Origin: Dehalococcoidia bacterium
GTDB lineage: Bacteria; Chloroflexota; Dehalococcoidia; UBA2979
DNA length: 64,000 bases
NCBI GenBank assembly: GCA_965219085.1
Contig: OZ244720.1
Location: 2,720,001-2,784,000, forward strand
Reading direction: 5' to 3'
Each line of letters begins with the position of its first letter. Within the stretch, counting starts at the first letter, position 1. The translations under genes were made by a program, and so were the position numbers. The notes beneath the pieces are model-generated. The model was not told the origin of the DNA. It searched no databases and worked only from the letters and a program-made list of their open reading frames with translations. Below, piece after piece: positions 47,627-57,295 of this stretch.

Positions 47627-48418
47627 ATGAGCGAGCAGCAACTCGAAGGCAAGGTCGCAATCGTGACGGGCGCGAGCCGCGGCATCGGCGAGTCGATCGC
47701 CCACTCGCTGGCGCGCGACGGCGCGAAGGTCGTCGTCGCGGCCCGCACCGAGGAGGTCACCGACCCGCGCCTCCCCGGCACCATCCACTCGGTCGCCGCG
47801 GCGATCGAGGCCGAGGGCGGCGCCGCGCTGCCCGTGGTCACGAACCTGCGCGACCCGGAGAGCATCTACGGCTGCGTCGAGCGCACCGTCGAGGAGTTCG
47901 GGCGGGTCGACATCGTCGTGAACAACGCGGCGATCCCCGTGCCGGGCGACATCGAGACGGTGCAGGACCGCCACATCGACCTGATGTGGCAGGTCGACAT
48001 GCGCGGCCCGGTGCTGATGTGCAAGGCGGCGGTGCCGCACATGAAGGCCGGGGGCGGCCACCTCATCAACATCTCCTCGAGCGCGGCGATCTTCCCCGGC
48101 CCCGGGCCGTACGACGACGATGGCATCGGCGGGCTGTTCTACGGGATGGTGAAGGCAGGGCTGGAGCGCTTCACGCAGGGCCTCGCGATAGATCTCCAGA
48201 AGTACCGCATCGCCGCCAACGTGCTGTCGCTGAACTACGTGATCCACACGCCGGGCAACATCTTCGCCGGCAACGACCCGGAGAACCCAAACCTGGACTT
48301 CGACAGTGCGGAGTGGATGGGCCGCGCGGCGGTGTGGATCAGCCGCCAGCCGGCCGAGTACACGGGCCACATCGTGTTCGACCACACGATGCGGTACTGG
48401 CTCCAGGATATCGAGTAG
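47627..48418 (+). CDS. short-chain dehydrogenase/reductase
   Basis: TGASRGIG, VVNNAA, YGMVK; start at MSEQQ after GGGAGG RBS. Confidence 0.92.
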   Translation: MSEQQLEGKVAIVTGASRGIGESIAHSLARDGAKVVVAARTEEVTDPRLPGTIHSVAAAIEAEGGAALPVVTNLRDPESIYGCVERTVEEFGRVDIVVNNAAIPVPGDIETVQDRHIDLMWQVDMRGPVLMCKAAVPHMKAGGGHLINISSSAAIFPGPGPYDDDGIGGLFYGMVKAGLERFTQGLAIDLQKYRIAANVLSLNYVIHTPGNIFAGNDPENPNLDFDSAEWMGRAAVWISRQPAEYTGHIVFDHTMRYWLQDIE

Positions 48419-48591
48419 CCTCCAGCGCGCGGCGCTGCGGTCCACTGCCGGGCCTGCCCGGCGAAGCGGTTCGCCGCCCACGTCCGCGTTGATTGGGTCG
48501 CCGAAGCGCGCGATCAGCGTCTTCGCGTCCACCATCGCGCGGAGGTTCGCTCCACGGCCTTACGATGGGGGCGGACGCTTACGCGTGCCCG

Positions 48592-49437
48592 TCAACTCAT
48601 CACCGCGGTGTCGGGCTGATTGGCCCATTCGTTGAACGATCCCGCGTAGTTCGACGCCCGGTCGTAACCGAGGATCTTCAGGACGAGCGCAGCGAGACCC
48701 GCGCGCGCACCGCCCCCTCAGTACGTCGCGACAGCGACCTCAGGTGTGATTCCCTTCGCCCCCAGCAGGGTGGTGAGCGTGGTCGCGGGCTTCAACGTTC
48801 CGTCGTCGGCATCGAACAGCTCGGTCCACTCCAGGTGGATGGCCCCCGGGAGGTGCCCGAGCCGGGGCGGAGGATTGAAGCCAGGCGTTGTCCCCTCGAA
48901 CTCCCCGAGGCTGCGCACGTCCCAGAAGACCGCCTCGTCATCGTCGACCATGGCCCTTGCCTGGTCCAGCGAGCAGTAGACACCCTCGGTCAGGCGAGGC
49001 GTGAACGTTCGTGGTTCGTGGGACGCAGGGTCGGTCGAAAGCGGCAACTCCTCGCGCGTCCACTTCGTGAACCCACCGTCGAGGAAGCGGGTATCGGGGT
49101 GGCCGTAGTACAGGAATGCCCAGGCGGTCATGCCCGCCATTTGCAGGAACGCGTCGGCCGAGCCGTAGACCACGACCGAGGTGTGCTCGTCGATCCCAAA
49201 CGCCCCGGCCAGTTCGGCAAAGGCTGCGGGCTCCGGCATCTCCGGTCCAGCCCGCAGTCCCCCGAGGCCGAACCCGTTGAGGTGGACGGCGCCTGGAATG
49301 TGGCCGGCGGCGTAGTCCTCTCTAGAACGAGCATCGACCACGCGCACGGTCGGATCGGACAGGCGACTCGCGAGCCAACCGGTCTCGGCCAACAGCTCTG
49401 GATGAGGGTAGCCTCGCTCACTAACGGGAATGGACAT
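48592..49437 (-). CDS. double-rhodanese sulfurtransferase with in-frame UGA at the active site (probable selenoprotein)
   Basis: GHIPGA, GHLPGA; after TY-UGA (48718-48720) the frame continues GGGARAGLAALVLKILGYDRASNYAGSFNEWANQPDTAVMS*. Confidence 0.85.
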
Positions 49438-49485
49438 GCACGGCTCCAATCGGTCTTCACTGCGGTAGCGGCACGAGTGGCCGCA

Positions 49486-49524
49486 GGGCGGCTAGAACTC
49501 GATCGGGCCGCCGGGGTCGATCAC
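49486..49524. repeat. 39-bp perfect direct repeat, copy 1
   Basis: gggcggctagaactcgatcgggccgccggggtcgatcac, identical to 50919-50957. Confidence 0.95.
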
Positions 49525-50861
49525 TCGTCGGTTTCAGGCGCGCCGATGTCCGCGGCTTCTGCTGGCGGCTCCGACTCACCTTCCTCGGTTTGTCGGGGGA
49601 GTCTGGGCGCGGGCGGCTTCCAGGCTTCGAGGTTCTGGGTGACCGTCCGGTAGAACTCGTCCAGGAGCGACGTGATGGAGCCGATGAACGATCGCGCGCC
49701 GGTTCCCCGCGCCATTCCCATGTCCCGCGTCAAGGTGACCCGGAACGCGCGAGGGGCGATTCGCCGGTCCTCGAGGAGCGCCTCGTCGGGATGCTCGGTC
49801 AGCGCGTGAAGCAAGGCTGACGTGGTGACGGATCGGGACTCAAACGACGCGTCCACGCGGAGACTGCCGGGCGCGTCAGATCGCAACTGACGCACGAGCC
49901 AGTTGATCCGCGTCCGAGGCCGCCCGTCGCCTGGGGCGTCGACCTGCAGCGACGCTGAGATAGTGCGTGTCTTCAAGTCGGCGCTGAGATTGATGTCGGC
50001 GACCGCAGCCGGCACGCGCAAGGTGCATTCGAGGACACCAGCCTCAGCCAGGGTCCTCGCCAATCGCGTCCGGCGACCGGCGACGTCGCGCCGGTCGCGG
50101 CGTGCGAGCACCTGCTGCACATCGGCGCCGAGCTCGCGGCCCAGTTGAAGGCAGAGGTAGCGGGAGAGTTCGTCCCATCGCTCGACTACATCATCGACAC
50201 CGTCGTCGCTCGGTCCAAGGGTGCCGGCTCGGGCGCTGTCGCGGATGGCCGTCCAGTGCTGCCCCATGTCCTCGAATTGCATCGCCCCGGAGCTCGGGTG
50301 CTCGAGGTATGCGATGAGTTCGGCGAGTATCCATGCCTGCTCGGGGTCGGCAACGCCGCGGTGGTCGTGCTCCATGACGGCCTCGGTGAGCAACGCTACC
50401 CACGAGATGTGGTGCAACTCGACGCGCCGCAGCTTTCGCCGGTCTACTTCAACCGGATGGTCGCCCGTTGCGGGCATGATCTGATTCGAAATGGTGACCA
50501 CCGCGTCGAAACCGTGCTCCCGGGCGGCGTCGAGATACGACTCAACCTGGGCCCGATCCAATTCGCTCGTTCCGGTCTTCACTTCGACGAGGGCCACCCA
50601 GGTGCGCCGCCCGCGGCGTACCCGGAGAAGGCCGTCGGGACGTACGACCGTCCCGTCGGCCATCTCCAGCGGAACTTCGATATAGGTCTCAACCGGCCCG
50701 GCGGGTGCGCCGAAGCGTCCCCGCAGGATCGACCTGCCGAACTCATCGACGGCCCCGAGCACGCTGAGCAGGGCGGACGTTGCGCGGGCCTCGCGCTCGC
50801 GGTCCCCTCTGATGCCCGAAGTCGGAATCAAGCGCGCAGGTAGCCAAGCCTCGGCTGTCAC
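49521..50861 (-). CDS. PD-(D/E)XK nuclease-like protein
   Basis: VRPDGLL...ALVEVKTG...QVESYLD; N-terminus ARLIPTSGI.G..E.E.RATSALL resembles a family often labelled stress response protein. Confidence 0.7.
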   Translation of the reverse strand: MTAEAWLPARLIPTSGIRGDREREARATSALLSVLGAVDEFGRSILRGRFGAPAGPVETYIEVPLEMADGTVVRPDGLLRVRRGRRTWVALVEVKTGTSELDRAQVESYLDAAREHGFDAVVTISNQIMPATGDHPVEVDRRKLRRVELHHISWVALLTEAVMEHDHRGVADPEQAWILAELIAYLEHPSSGAMQFEDMGQHWTAIRDSARAGTLGPSDDGVDDVVERWDELSRYLCLQLGRELGADVQQVLARRDRRDVAGRRTRLARTLAEAGVLECTLRVPAAVADINLSADLKTRTISASLQVDAPGDGRPRTRINWLVRQLRSDAPGSLRVDASFESRSVTTSALLHALTEHPDEALLEDRRIAPRAFRVTLTRDMGMARGTGARSFIGSITSLLDEFYRTVTQNLEAWKPPAPRLPRQTEEGESEPPAEAADIGAPETDE

Positions 50862-50918
50862 GACGCCTCCAAGGGTCGAGGCCTCGTCGCCGTGGGCGGC
50901 GAGGCGAGTCGCGCGGGT

Positions 50919-50957
50919 GGGCGGCTAGAACTCGATCGGGCCGCCGGGGTCGATCAC
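50919..50957. repeat. 39-bp perfect direct repeat, copy 2 (3' end of small gene)
   Basis: Encodes VIDPGGPIEF* of 50925-51146 on the minus strand. Confidence 0.95.
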
Positions 50958-51146
50958 GGCGCCGTCGGTGCCGATCACGGCGGGGCGCTCGTTGCAGTAG
51001 ACCTCGGACTCGCAGTGGTCGAACGTGAACGCCGCGCGGTTCTTGTCGTAACGGATCGTCCATGTGCCGAGCGCGTGGCCCTCGCGGCCTGCCTTCGTCT
51101 CGCGCTCCAGCACCTCGATCAGCGCTTCGAGTTCCTTGGTGCCCAC
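50925..51146 (-). CDS. small hypothetical protein (73 aa)
   Basis: GGGAGG RBS before GTG; host-like codon usage. Confidence 0.75.
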   Translation of the reverse strand: MGTKELEALIEVLERETKAGREGHALGTWTIRYDKNRAAFTFDHCESEVYCNERPAVIGTDGAVIDPGGPIEF

Positions 51147-51320
51147 GTCGTACCTCCCGGGTGCGTAGTCGTTTCGTACGGGTCGAGGATACCGAAGCCG
51201 CGACCGATGTGGGAGCCGTGCTCGCACCCGCCGGGCTGGGAGGGGCCGTTGGCGCGGCTCGGGGGGTGCGTCATCTTCCGCTCGCCCGCACCATCCCTAC
51301 AATGAGCCGGGGGAGGCAAC

Positions 51321-52397
51321 GTGGCCAAAGCGACCACCGGCAACTACTTCGAAGACCTCGTCACCGGGCTCGAGATCCGGCACGCCGTCCCCCGGACTGT
51401 CACCGAGGGCGACGCGGCGCTCTACATCGCGCTCACCGCGGACCGCTACCCCTTGCACTGCAACGCCGAGTTCGCCCGCTCGCTCGGCTTCGAGCGCGAG
51501 ACGGTGAACGACCTGCTGGTCTTCCACACGGTGTTCGGCAAGTCCGTCCCCGACGTGTCGCTCAACGCCGTCGCCAACCTCGGCTACGCCGACGTGCGGT
51601 TCGGCGCGCCCGTGCTGCCCGGCGACACGATCAGCTCCACCACCACGGTGCTCGGACGCCGCGAGGCGCGCGGCGGCGAGACCGGCGTGGTGTGGGTGCG
51701 CACCACCGGCGTGAACCAGCGCGGCGAGGAAGTCCTGACGCTCATCCGCTGGGTGCTCGTCAACAAGCGCGACCCCGCATCGCCCGCCGCCCTGGACGAC
51801 GCGCCCGAGGTGCCCGAGTCCGTCGCGCCCGAGGCGCTGCACGTGCCGGACCAACTCGACCTCTCGGCCTTCTCGGCCGAGATCACGGGCGGCCGCGCGT
51901 GGTGGGACGACTACGCGCCCGGCGAACGCATCGACCACGTCGAGGGCATGGCGATCGAGGAGGCCGAGCAGCAGATCATCACGCGCCTCTACCAGAACAC
52001 GGCGCGCGCGCACTTCAACGCCCATGCGCTGCAGGGCACGCGCTTCGGGCGTCGCGTGATCTACGGCGGGCACATCATCTCGGTGGCGCGGGCGCTGTCG
52101 TTCAACGGCCTCGAGAACGCGGTGCGCGTGCTCGCCTTCAACGGCGGCACGCACAGCAACCCGACGTTCGCGGGCGACACGCTCTTCGCCTGGACCGAGG
52201 TGCTCGACCGCATCGACCTCGGCCGCGACGACGCCGGCGCGCTGCGGCTGCGCCTTGTCGCGACGAAGGACGCCGACCCGGTAACCGAGGACGTCCCGCT
52301 GCGCGTCACCGACGAGAGCGGCCGCGAGCGCTACCACCCCAACGTCGTGCTCGACCTCGACTACACCGTGCTGATGCCGAAGGCCCCCCGGGCGTGA
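51321..52397 (+). CDS. mch: mesaconyl-CoA hydratase (double hot-dog MaoC fold)
   Basis: GNYFEDL...IRHAVPRTVTEGD, VFGKSVPDVSLNAVANLGYA, IYGGHIISVARALSFNGL, terminal VVLDLDY. Confidence 0.85.
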   Translation: MAKATTGNYFEDLVTGLEIRHAVPRTVTEGDAALYIALTADRYPLHCNAEFARSLGFERETVNDLLVFHTVFGKSVPDVSLNAVANLGYADVRFGAPVLPGDTISSTTTVLGRREARGGETGVVWVRTTGVNQRGEEVLTLIRWVLVNKRDPASPAALDDAPEVPESVAPEALHVPDQLDLSAFSAEITGGRAWWDDYAPGERIDHVEGMAIEEAEQQIITRLYQNTARAHFNAHALQGTRFGRRVIYGGHIISVARALSFNGLENAVRVLAFNGGTHSNPTFAGDTLFAWTEVLDRIDLGRDDAGALRLRLVATKDADPVTEDVPLRVTDESGRERYHPNVVLDLDYTVLMPKAPRA

Positions 52398-52432
52398 CGA
52401 AACAGATAGGGCGCTTGCGAAGGAGACCGACG

Positions 52433-54079
52433 ATGACGACGACCCAGGTAGATGCCGTCACGACCGCCCGCGAGCTCGTCGACACGGCGAAGCGCGCGAT
52501 CGACGCCGCCGTTACGCACGGCTCCGAGGTGACGGAGGGTGGCCGGGGCATCGACGACCACCAGGTGCACACCGAGCGCGTCGCCTACCTCGCCACTCAG
52601 GTTCGCGCCGCGCGCGAACTCGTCGCCTACGCCGAGCGCCTGCGCGAGTATGGCAGGGCCGACGAGGTGGCCGAGGAGGCCGCGATCATCTACGCCGCCG
52701 AGGCCGCCCACGCGGTGCGCTCGGCCGTCGACACGGCGCCCGAGGACTTCGGCATCGGCGAGGCAGCGGAGGCGCTCGACTCGGCGGAGACACGCGCCGC
52801 CATCCGCGCCGGCCTCGACGAGGCGCGCGTGCGCGCCCTCGGCCGCACCGCCATCGCCGCCAACGGCGTCAACAACGCCGACCTCGAGGACGAGACGGCG
52901 GCGCTGACGCGCGACGCCGCCCGCGACTTCGCGCGCAACGAGGTCGCGCCGATCGCGCAGCAGATCCACCGCGAGGACTTGCTCGTCCCCGACGACCTGA
53001 TCACGAAGTTCGCCGCGCAGGGCTTCTTCGGCTCCTCGATCCCCGAGGAGTACGGCGGTACCGGTATGGGCTACCTGCCGATGGTCGTGATGACCGAGGA
53101 GCTCTCGGCGGCCTCGCTGGGCGCGGCCGGCTCGCTGCACACGCGACCCGAGATCCTCGCGCACGCGCTGCAGACCGGCGGCACCGAGGCGCAAAAGCAG
53201 GAGTGGCTGCCCAAGCTCGCCTCGGGCGAGGCGCTCGTGGCGATCGGGGTGACGGAGCCCGACGTCGGGTCGGACAACGCCAACCTCCAGTGTCGCGCCA
53301 CGCCCGCCGAGGTCGATGGCCGCAGAGGCTGGCGCCTCAACGGCGCAAAGGCGTGGAGCACCTTCTCCGGCCGCGCCGACGTGATCGCGATGCTCGTGCG
53401 CACCAACCCGAACGTCGAGGCGGCGGGCCGCGGGCTCTCGGTCTTCATCGTCCCGAAGGACCCGCACTACGGCTACGAGTGGCGCCAGACGCAGCCCGAG
53501 GGCGGCTCGATGACCGGCACCGCGAACCCCACGCCCGGCTACCGCGGGATGCACTCCTACACGATCGCCATCGATAACTACTTCGTCCCCCACGAGAACC
53601 TCGTCGGTGAGGACGAGGGGCTGAACCGCGGGTTCGCGCTGCAGATGGGCGGCTTCGCGGTCGGGCGGCTGCAGACCGGCGCGCGCGCGTGCGGTGTCGC
53701 GCAGGCCTCGCTCGAGAAGGCCTGCCAGTACGTCAACCAGCGCGAGCAGTTCGGCATGCCGATCGGCAAGTACCAGCTCACCGAGCACCGCATCGGCGAG
53801 ATGGTGGCGCGCATCGCCGCGGCGCGTCAGCTCATCTACGCCGCCGCGCGCAACTTCAACTCGCGCGGCATCGAGGCGCCGATGGCGAAGCTGCTGGCGT
53901 GCGACATCGCCGTGGCCACCTCGCAGGCCGCGCAGCAGCTACACGGCGGCTGGGGCTACTCCGAGGAGGACCCGATCGCCCGCTACGTCATCGACGCGCT
54001 GGTGCTGCCGATCTTCGAGGGCGTCAAGCCGATCCTCGAGCTCAAGGTGATCGGCCGCCAGCTCTTCGCCGCGAGCTAG
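52433..54079 (+). CDS. mcd: (2S)-methylsuccinyl-CoA dehydrogenase-like acyl-CoA dehydrogenase
   Basis: N-terminal extension, GSL.TR.EI, TEPDVGSD, GYRGM, RLQTGARACGVA, IFEG; directly after mch. Confidence 0.7.
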   Translation: MTTTQVDAVTTARELVDTAKRAIDAAVTHGSEVTEGGRGIDDHQVHTERVAYLATQVRAARELVAYAERLREYGRADEVAEEAAIIYAAEAAHAVRSAVDTAPEDFGIGEAAEALDSAETRAAIRAGLDEARVRALGRTAIAANGVNNADLEDETAALTRDAARDFARNEVAPIAQQIHREDLLVPDDLITKFAAQGFFGSSIPEEYGGTGMGYLPMVVMTEELSAASLGAAGSLHTRPEILAHALQTGGTEAQKQEWLPKLASGEALVAIGVTEPDVGSDNANLQCRATPAEVDGRRGWRLNGAKAWSTFSGRADVIAMLVRTNPNVEAAGRGLSVFIVPKDPHYGYEWRQTQPEGGSMTGTANPTPGYRGMHSYTIAIDNYFVPHENLVGEDEGLNRGFALQMGGFAVGRLQTGARACGVAQASLEKACQYVNQREQFGMPIGKYQLTEHRIGEMVARIAAARQLIYAAARNFNSRGIEAPMAKLLACDIAVATSQAAQQLHGGWGYSEEDPIARYVIDALVLPIFEGVKPILELKVIGRQLFAAS

Positions 54080-54098
54080 CACCACGAGGGCGGGACGG

Positions 54099-54554
54099 AT
54101 GCGCATCGCGATCGCCTCGGACCACGCGGGGTTCCGCTACAAGCAGCGGATCGCCGAGGAGCTTGCGCGCCTCGGCCACGAGGTCGTGGACCTCGGCGCC
54201 GACTCCGAGGAGCCGAGCGACTACCCGCTGTTCATCCGCCCGGCGGCCGAGGCCGTCGCCTCCGGCGACTGCGAACGCGGCATTGTCCTGGGCGGGTCGG
54301 GCAACGGCGAGGCGATGGTCGCCAACCGCGTGCGCGGCGTGCGCTGCGCGCTCTGCTGGAGCGTCGAGTCGGCCGAGCTGGGGCGACGCCACAACGACGC
54401 CAACATGATCTCGATCGGGCAGCGCATGGTGCTGCTCGATGTCGCGCTGGCGATCGTGCGCACCTGGCTCGACACGCCGTTCGACGGTGGGCGGCACGCG
54501 CGCCGCATCGCGCAACTCGACGGCGAGCCGGTGTCCGGGGAGGCGTCGCGATGA
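54099..54554 (+). CDS. rpiB: ribose-5-phosphate isomerase B
   Basis: IAIASDHAG, DYP, LGGSGNGE...ANRV.GVR, HNDAN, FDGGRH.RRI. Confidence 0.93.
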   Translation: MRIAIASDHAGFRYKQRIAEELARLGHEVVDLGADSEEPSDYPLFIRPAAEAVASGDCERGIVLGGSGNGEAMVANRVRGVRCALCWSVESAELGRRHNDANMISIGQRMVLLDVALAIVRTWLDTPFDGGRHARRIAQLDGEPVSGEASR

Positions 54555-54847
54555 CCACCCGGGGCTGGTCGAACCGACGGAGCAAGAAGCTCGTCCCCGA
54601 GCCCGCGTTCGCCGAGGGCCACGAGCACACGACCGAGTGCGACGCGCTCTACGAGGAGTGGAAGCGCTACCACATCGCTGTGATCGACCAGGCCGGCCAC
54701 TTCCGCCGCGATCAACGCCTCCTCGCCCGCCACGAGCGCGAGCGCTTCGAGCGCCAGCTCGTGGCGCTGGGCTGCTCGGGCGAGGCGCGGCGACGCGTCG
54801 AGCGCGACGCCGAGATCGCCGAGCACGGCCACGGCAAGCTGACGTAA
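54551..54847 (+). CDS. hypothetical protein
   Basis: ATGA overlap with rpiB stop; host-like codon usage. Confidence 0.7.
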   Translation: MTTRGWSNRRSKKLVPEPAFAEGHEHTTECDALYEEWKRYHIAVIDQAGHFRRDQRLLARHERERFERQLVALGCSGEARRRVERDAEIAEHGHGKLT

Positions 54848-54864
54848 CGGCCGAGGGGAAGACC

Positions 54865-55803
54865 ATGCCCGACGCACGGCTCCCCGCACCCGACGAGTGG
54901 CCGACCTGGGCGCTCGTCGACCGCGACCTGCTCGTGCACACGCGCGACGAGCGGCCGTTCCTCGAGACCGCCGCGGCGCTCGTCACCGAGTTCGGCGAGC
55001 TGACCGCGCTCCTCGCGCGGACGCACGAGCAGCCCGACGGAGTCCCGGTGCGGCAGGGCCGCAACGAAGCGATCCTCTCCGGGCTCACGACGCGGATCGT
55101 GAAGCTCACGCGCCGCCTCGCCGCCGAGACATACGAGGGCCGGGGCGAGCTCCAGCTCCTCATCGACCGCGAGATCTTCACCTCGACGGCCGCGCTCGCC
55201 TACCTGCTGCGCGGTCGTCGCGACCGCTTCGAGGCGTTCGTGCGCAACAGCCTCCACGCCGACCGCGACGTGTGGCAGCACCTCGACAACAACCGCGACC
55301 TGCGCGCCGGCGACAACCTGCCGCAGGAGACGCGCATGCGCCGGCGGCTTGAGCGATCGTTCGGCCTCGCCGGCATCCACCCGCCCGAACTCGAACTCGA
55401 CGAGGATTCGGAGTGGCCTGACGTGAGTGGGCAGGTGCGGGCTATCGGCGAGCCCGACGCGTACCGCATGCACCAACTCGGCGCCGACGAGGTGCACGGC
55501 GTGTGGAACGAGCTGGTGACGCACCACCTGCGCACCGACGACGACGGCCTCACGTGGCTCGGCCCGAAGCTCGGCTGGTCACCGGCCGTGGTGCAGCCGC
55601 TCACCGCTGTCGCGATCCAGGGCAGCCGCGTGATGGCGGCCTACGCGCGCCACCTCGGCCACGAGGTCGCCGCGGCGTTCCGCGACAAGTACCTCGACCT
55701 CGCCGGGCGCGCCGCGCTCACCGACCGCCTGCACGAGGAGTACCTCGAACGCGTCGACATCAACCTCGAGCTCGGCGGGTTTGTCGGTCAGGACGACGAC
55801 TGA
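54865..55803 (+). CDS. hypothetical helical protein (DUF5677-like)
   Basis: GAGGGG RBS; R.IF...A.L.YL and Y.......VHG.W pattern. Confidence 0.55.
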   Translation: MPDARLPAPDEWPTWALVDRDLLVHTRDERPFLETAAALVTEFGELTALLARTHEQPDGVPVRQGRNEAILSGLTTRIVKLTRRLAAETYEGRGELQLLIDREIFTSTAALAYLLRGRRDRFEAFVRNSLHADRDVWQHLDNNRDLRAGDNLPQETRMRRRLERSFGLAGIHPPELELDEDSEWPDVSGQVRAIGEPDAYRMHQLGADEVHGVWNELVTHHLRTDDDGLTWLGPKLGWSPAVVQPLTAVAIQGSRVMAAYARHLGHEVAAAFRDKYLDLAGRAALTDRLHEEYLERVDINLELGGFVGQDDD

Positions 55804-55824
55804 CCGACGCCGCGCCGCGCGGCG

Positions 55825-56331
55825 CTACTGCGGCGCGGCGACCGCCGGCGGCGGCCGAGTCGCGACGAAGTCCTCGACGTAGAGCAGGTTGTCGCCCGCG
55901 CGGCGCACGACCTTGAGCAGGTCGTCCATCGTCGAGACCTCCTCGAGCTGCTCGTCGACGAACCACTGCAGGAAGCCACGGGCGAGGTGGTCGTGCTCCT
56001 CGATGGCGAGGTCCATGAGGTCGTTGAAGACCCCGGCCACGCGCACCTCGGCGTTGAGCGCGAGCTCGACCGCCTCCTCGACGGACTCGAAGTCGGCCTG
56101 GCCGGCCGGGATGGCGGGCACGTCGACGGTGCCGCCGGCCTCGGTGACGTAGTCGACGATCTTCTGGGCGTGCATGAGCTCTTCGGAGGCCTGTTGGCGG
56201 AAGAGGTTGGAGAGCTGTGGGAGCGCCTCACGGCTGAAGTAGGCGGAGACCATGGTGTACTGGATAGCGGCCCAGTACTCGTTGACGAGTTCCTCGCTCA
56301 GTTCCCTGGCCATGCGTTCGGAGATCAGCAC
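55825..56331 (-). CDS. non-heme ferritin
   Basis: E..NE..A...Y, QASEELMHA, E..V...F, FLQWFVDEQLEE ferroxidase motifs; GGAG RBS before GTG 56331. Confidence 0.9.
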   Translation of the reverse strand: MLISERMARELSEELVNEYWAAIQYTMVSAYFSREALPQLSNLFRQQASEELMHAQKIVDYVTEAGGTVDVPAIPAGQADFESVEEAVELALNAEVRVAGVFNDLMDLAIEEHDHLARGFLQWFVDEQLEEVSTMDDLLKVVRRAGDNLLYVEDFVATRPPPAVAAPQ

Positions 56332-56488
56332 CGGATGCTCCAATCCGTTCGGGTGACAGAGCAGATGATACGTCGTCTGACTGTTGAGAGAATGGGTGGC
56401 GCCACTCGGGGGTAGGTCTGAGTCGGCGTAGTGCGCGATTGGACGCGCCTGGCGCGGATGCAGGGGGAGCGAGGTAGGATCCAGACCC

Positions 56489-56839
56489 GTGGCCGAAGAA
56501 CGACCACCAGATGCTCCCGTGTTCCGTGTGCTCGACTACGAGGGCGTCGATGTCGTGTGCTCACTCGACCAGTGGGTCACGAAAATCGAGGGCGCTCACC
56601 CGGATATGGCTGGGCGGGAACGCGATGCGGTGGATGCAATCCAGCGCCCGACGCTCGTTCTGCGGGACCGCGACCACACAGACCGCAAGCACCACATGGC
56701 ACGCACGCCCACCGGTCACTGGCTCAAGGTCGTCGTGGTCTATGAGATGGAGCGGCGTTCGGGCCGCGTGCTGACGGCGTTCCTCCACCGTCGACTGCGA
56801 GCCGGAGACACCGTGCTGTATCCTCGAACCGAGGACTGA
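56489..56839 (+). CDS. putative BECR/RelE-like toxin
   Basis: W..KI...HPDM, I..P..V..D, WLKVVV.Y, VLTAF pattern. Confidence 0.6.
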   Translation: MAEERPPDAPVFRVLDYEGVDVVCSLDQWVTKIEGAHPDMAGRERDAVDAIQRPTLVLRDRDHTDRKHHMARTPTGHWLKVVVVYEMERRSGRVLTAFLHRRLRAGDTVLYPRTED

Positions 56840-56842
56840 GCG

Positions 56843-57280
56843 ATGGAGACCAACGCGCCCATGCCGACCTTCGACCCGCGGAGCATCCGCGAGATCATCT
56901 TCTGCTACTGGGACCGGCATGACGACATCGCGAGCATCCACATCAACGAGCGTCGCGCCGCGTTCACGATCGAGGGCGACCACGGCATCCACCTGCGGGA
57001 GGCCGACGGCGACATCGTTGGCCTGGACGTGCATGACTTCGGGCGCGCCTACCCGCGCAGCGCCGCACTCGCGCGAGTGGCCCTCCCCGCGATTGCCGAG
57101 ATCGAAGCGTTCGCGGGCCGCAAGCTCGCCGAGAGCTTCGAGGTGCGGGCTACGGCGGAGCAACTCCCGAGGACGACGCAGATGCTCATCTTCGTAATCG
57201 CCCACGCCCTCGCCGCCCACGCGGCCGAGCTCCGCGCCGAGCGCGCCGGAGTCGCCCACGCGTTCCTCGCCGCCTCGTAG
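56843..57280 (+). CDS. putative DUF2283-like antitoxin
   Basis: YWD..DD.A.I.I...GDIVGLDVHDF; 3 nt after the putative toxin. Confidence 0.55.
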   Translation: METNAPMPTFDPRSIREIIFCYWDRHDDIASIHINERRAAFTIEGDHGIHLREADGDIVGLDVHDFGRAYPRSAALARVALPAIAEIEAFAGRKLAESFEVRATAEQLPRTTQMLIFVIAHALAAHAAELRAERAGVAHAFLAAS

Positions 57281-57295
57281 CACCGACGCGAGTCG

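Noticed and set aside
51062-52432. 1005-aa fusion ORF 51062..54079
   Set aside because: The 5' part is an Arg-rich shadow frame over mch; the real gene starts at 52433 after an AAGGAG RBS.
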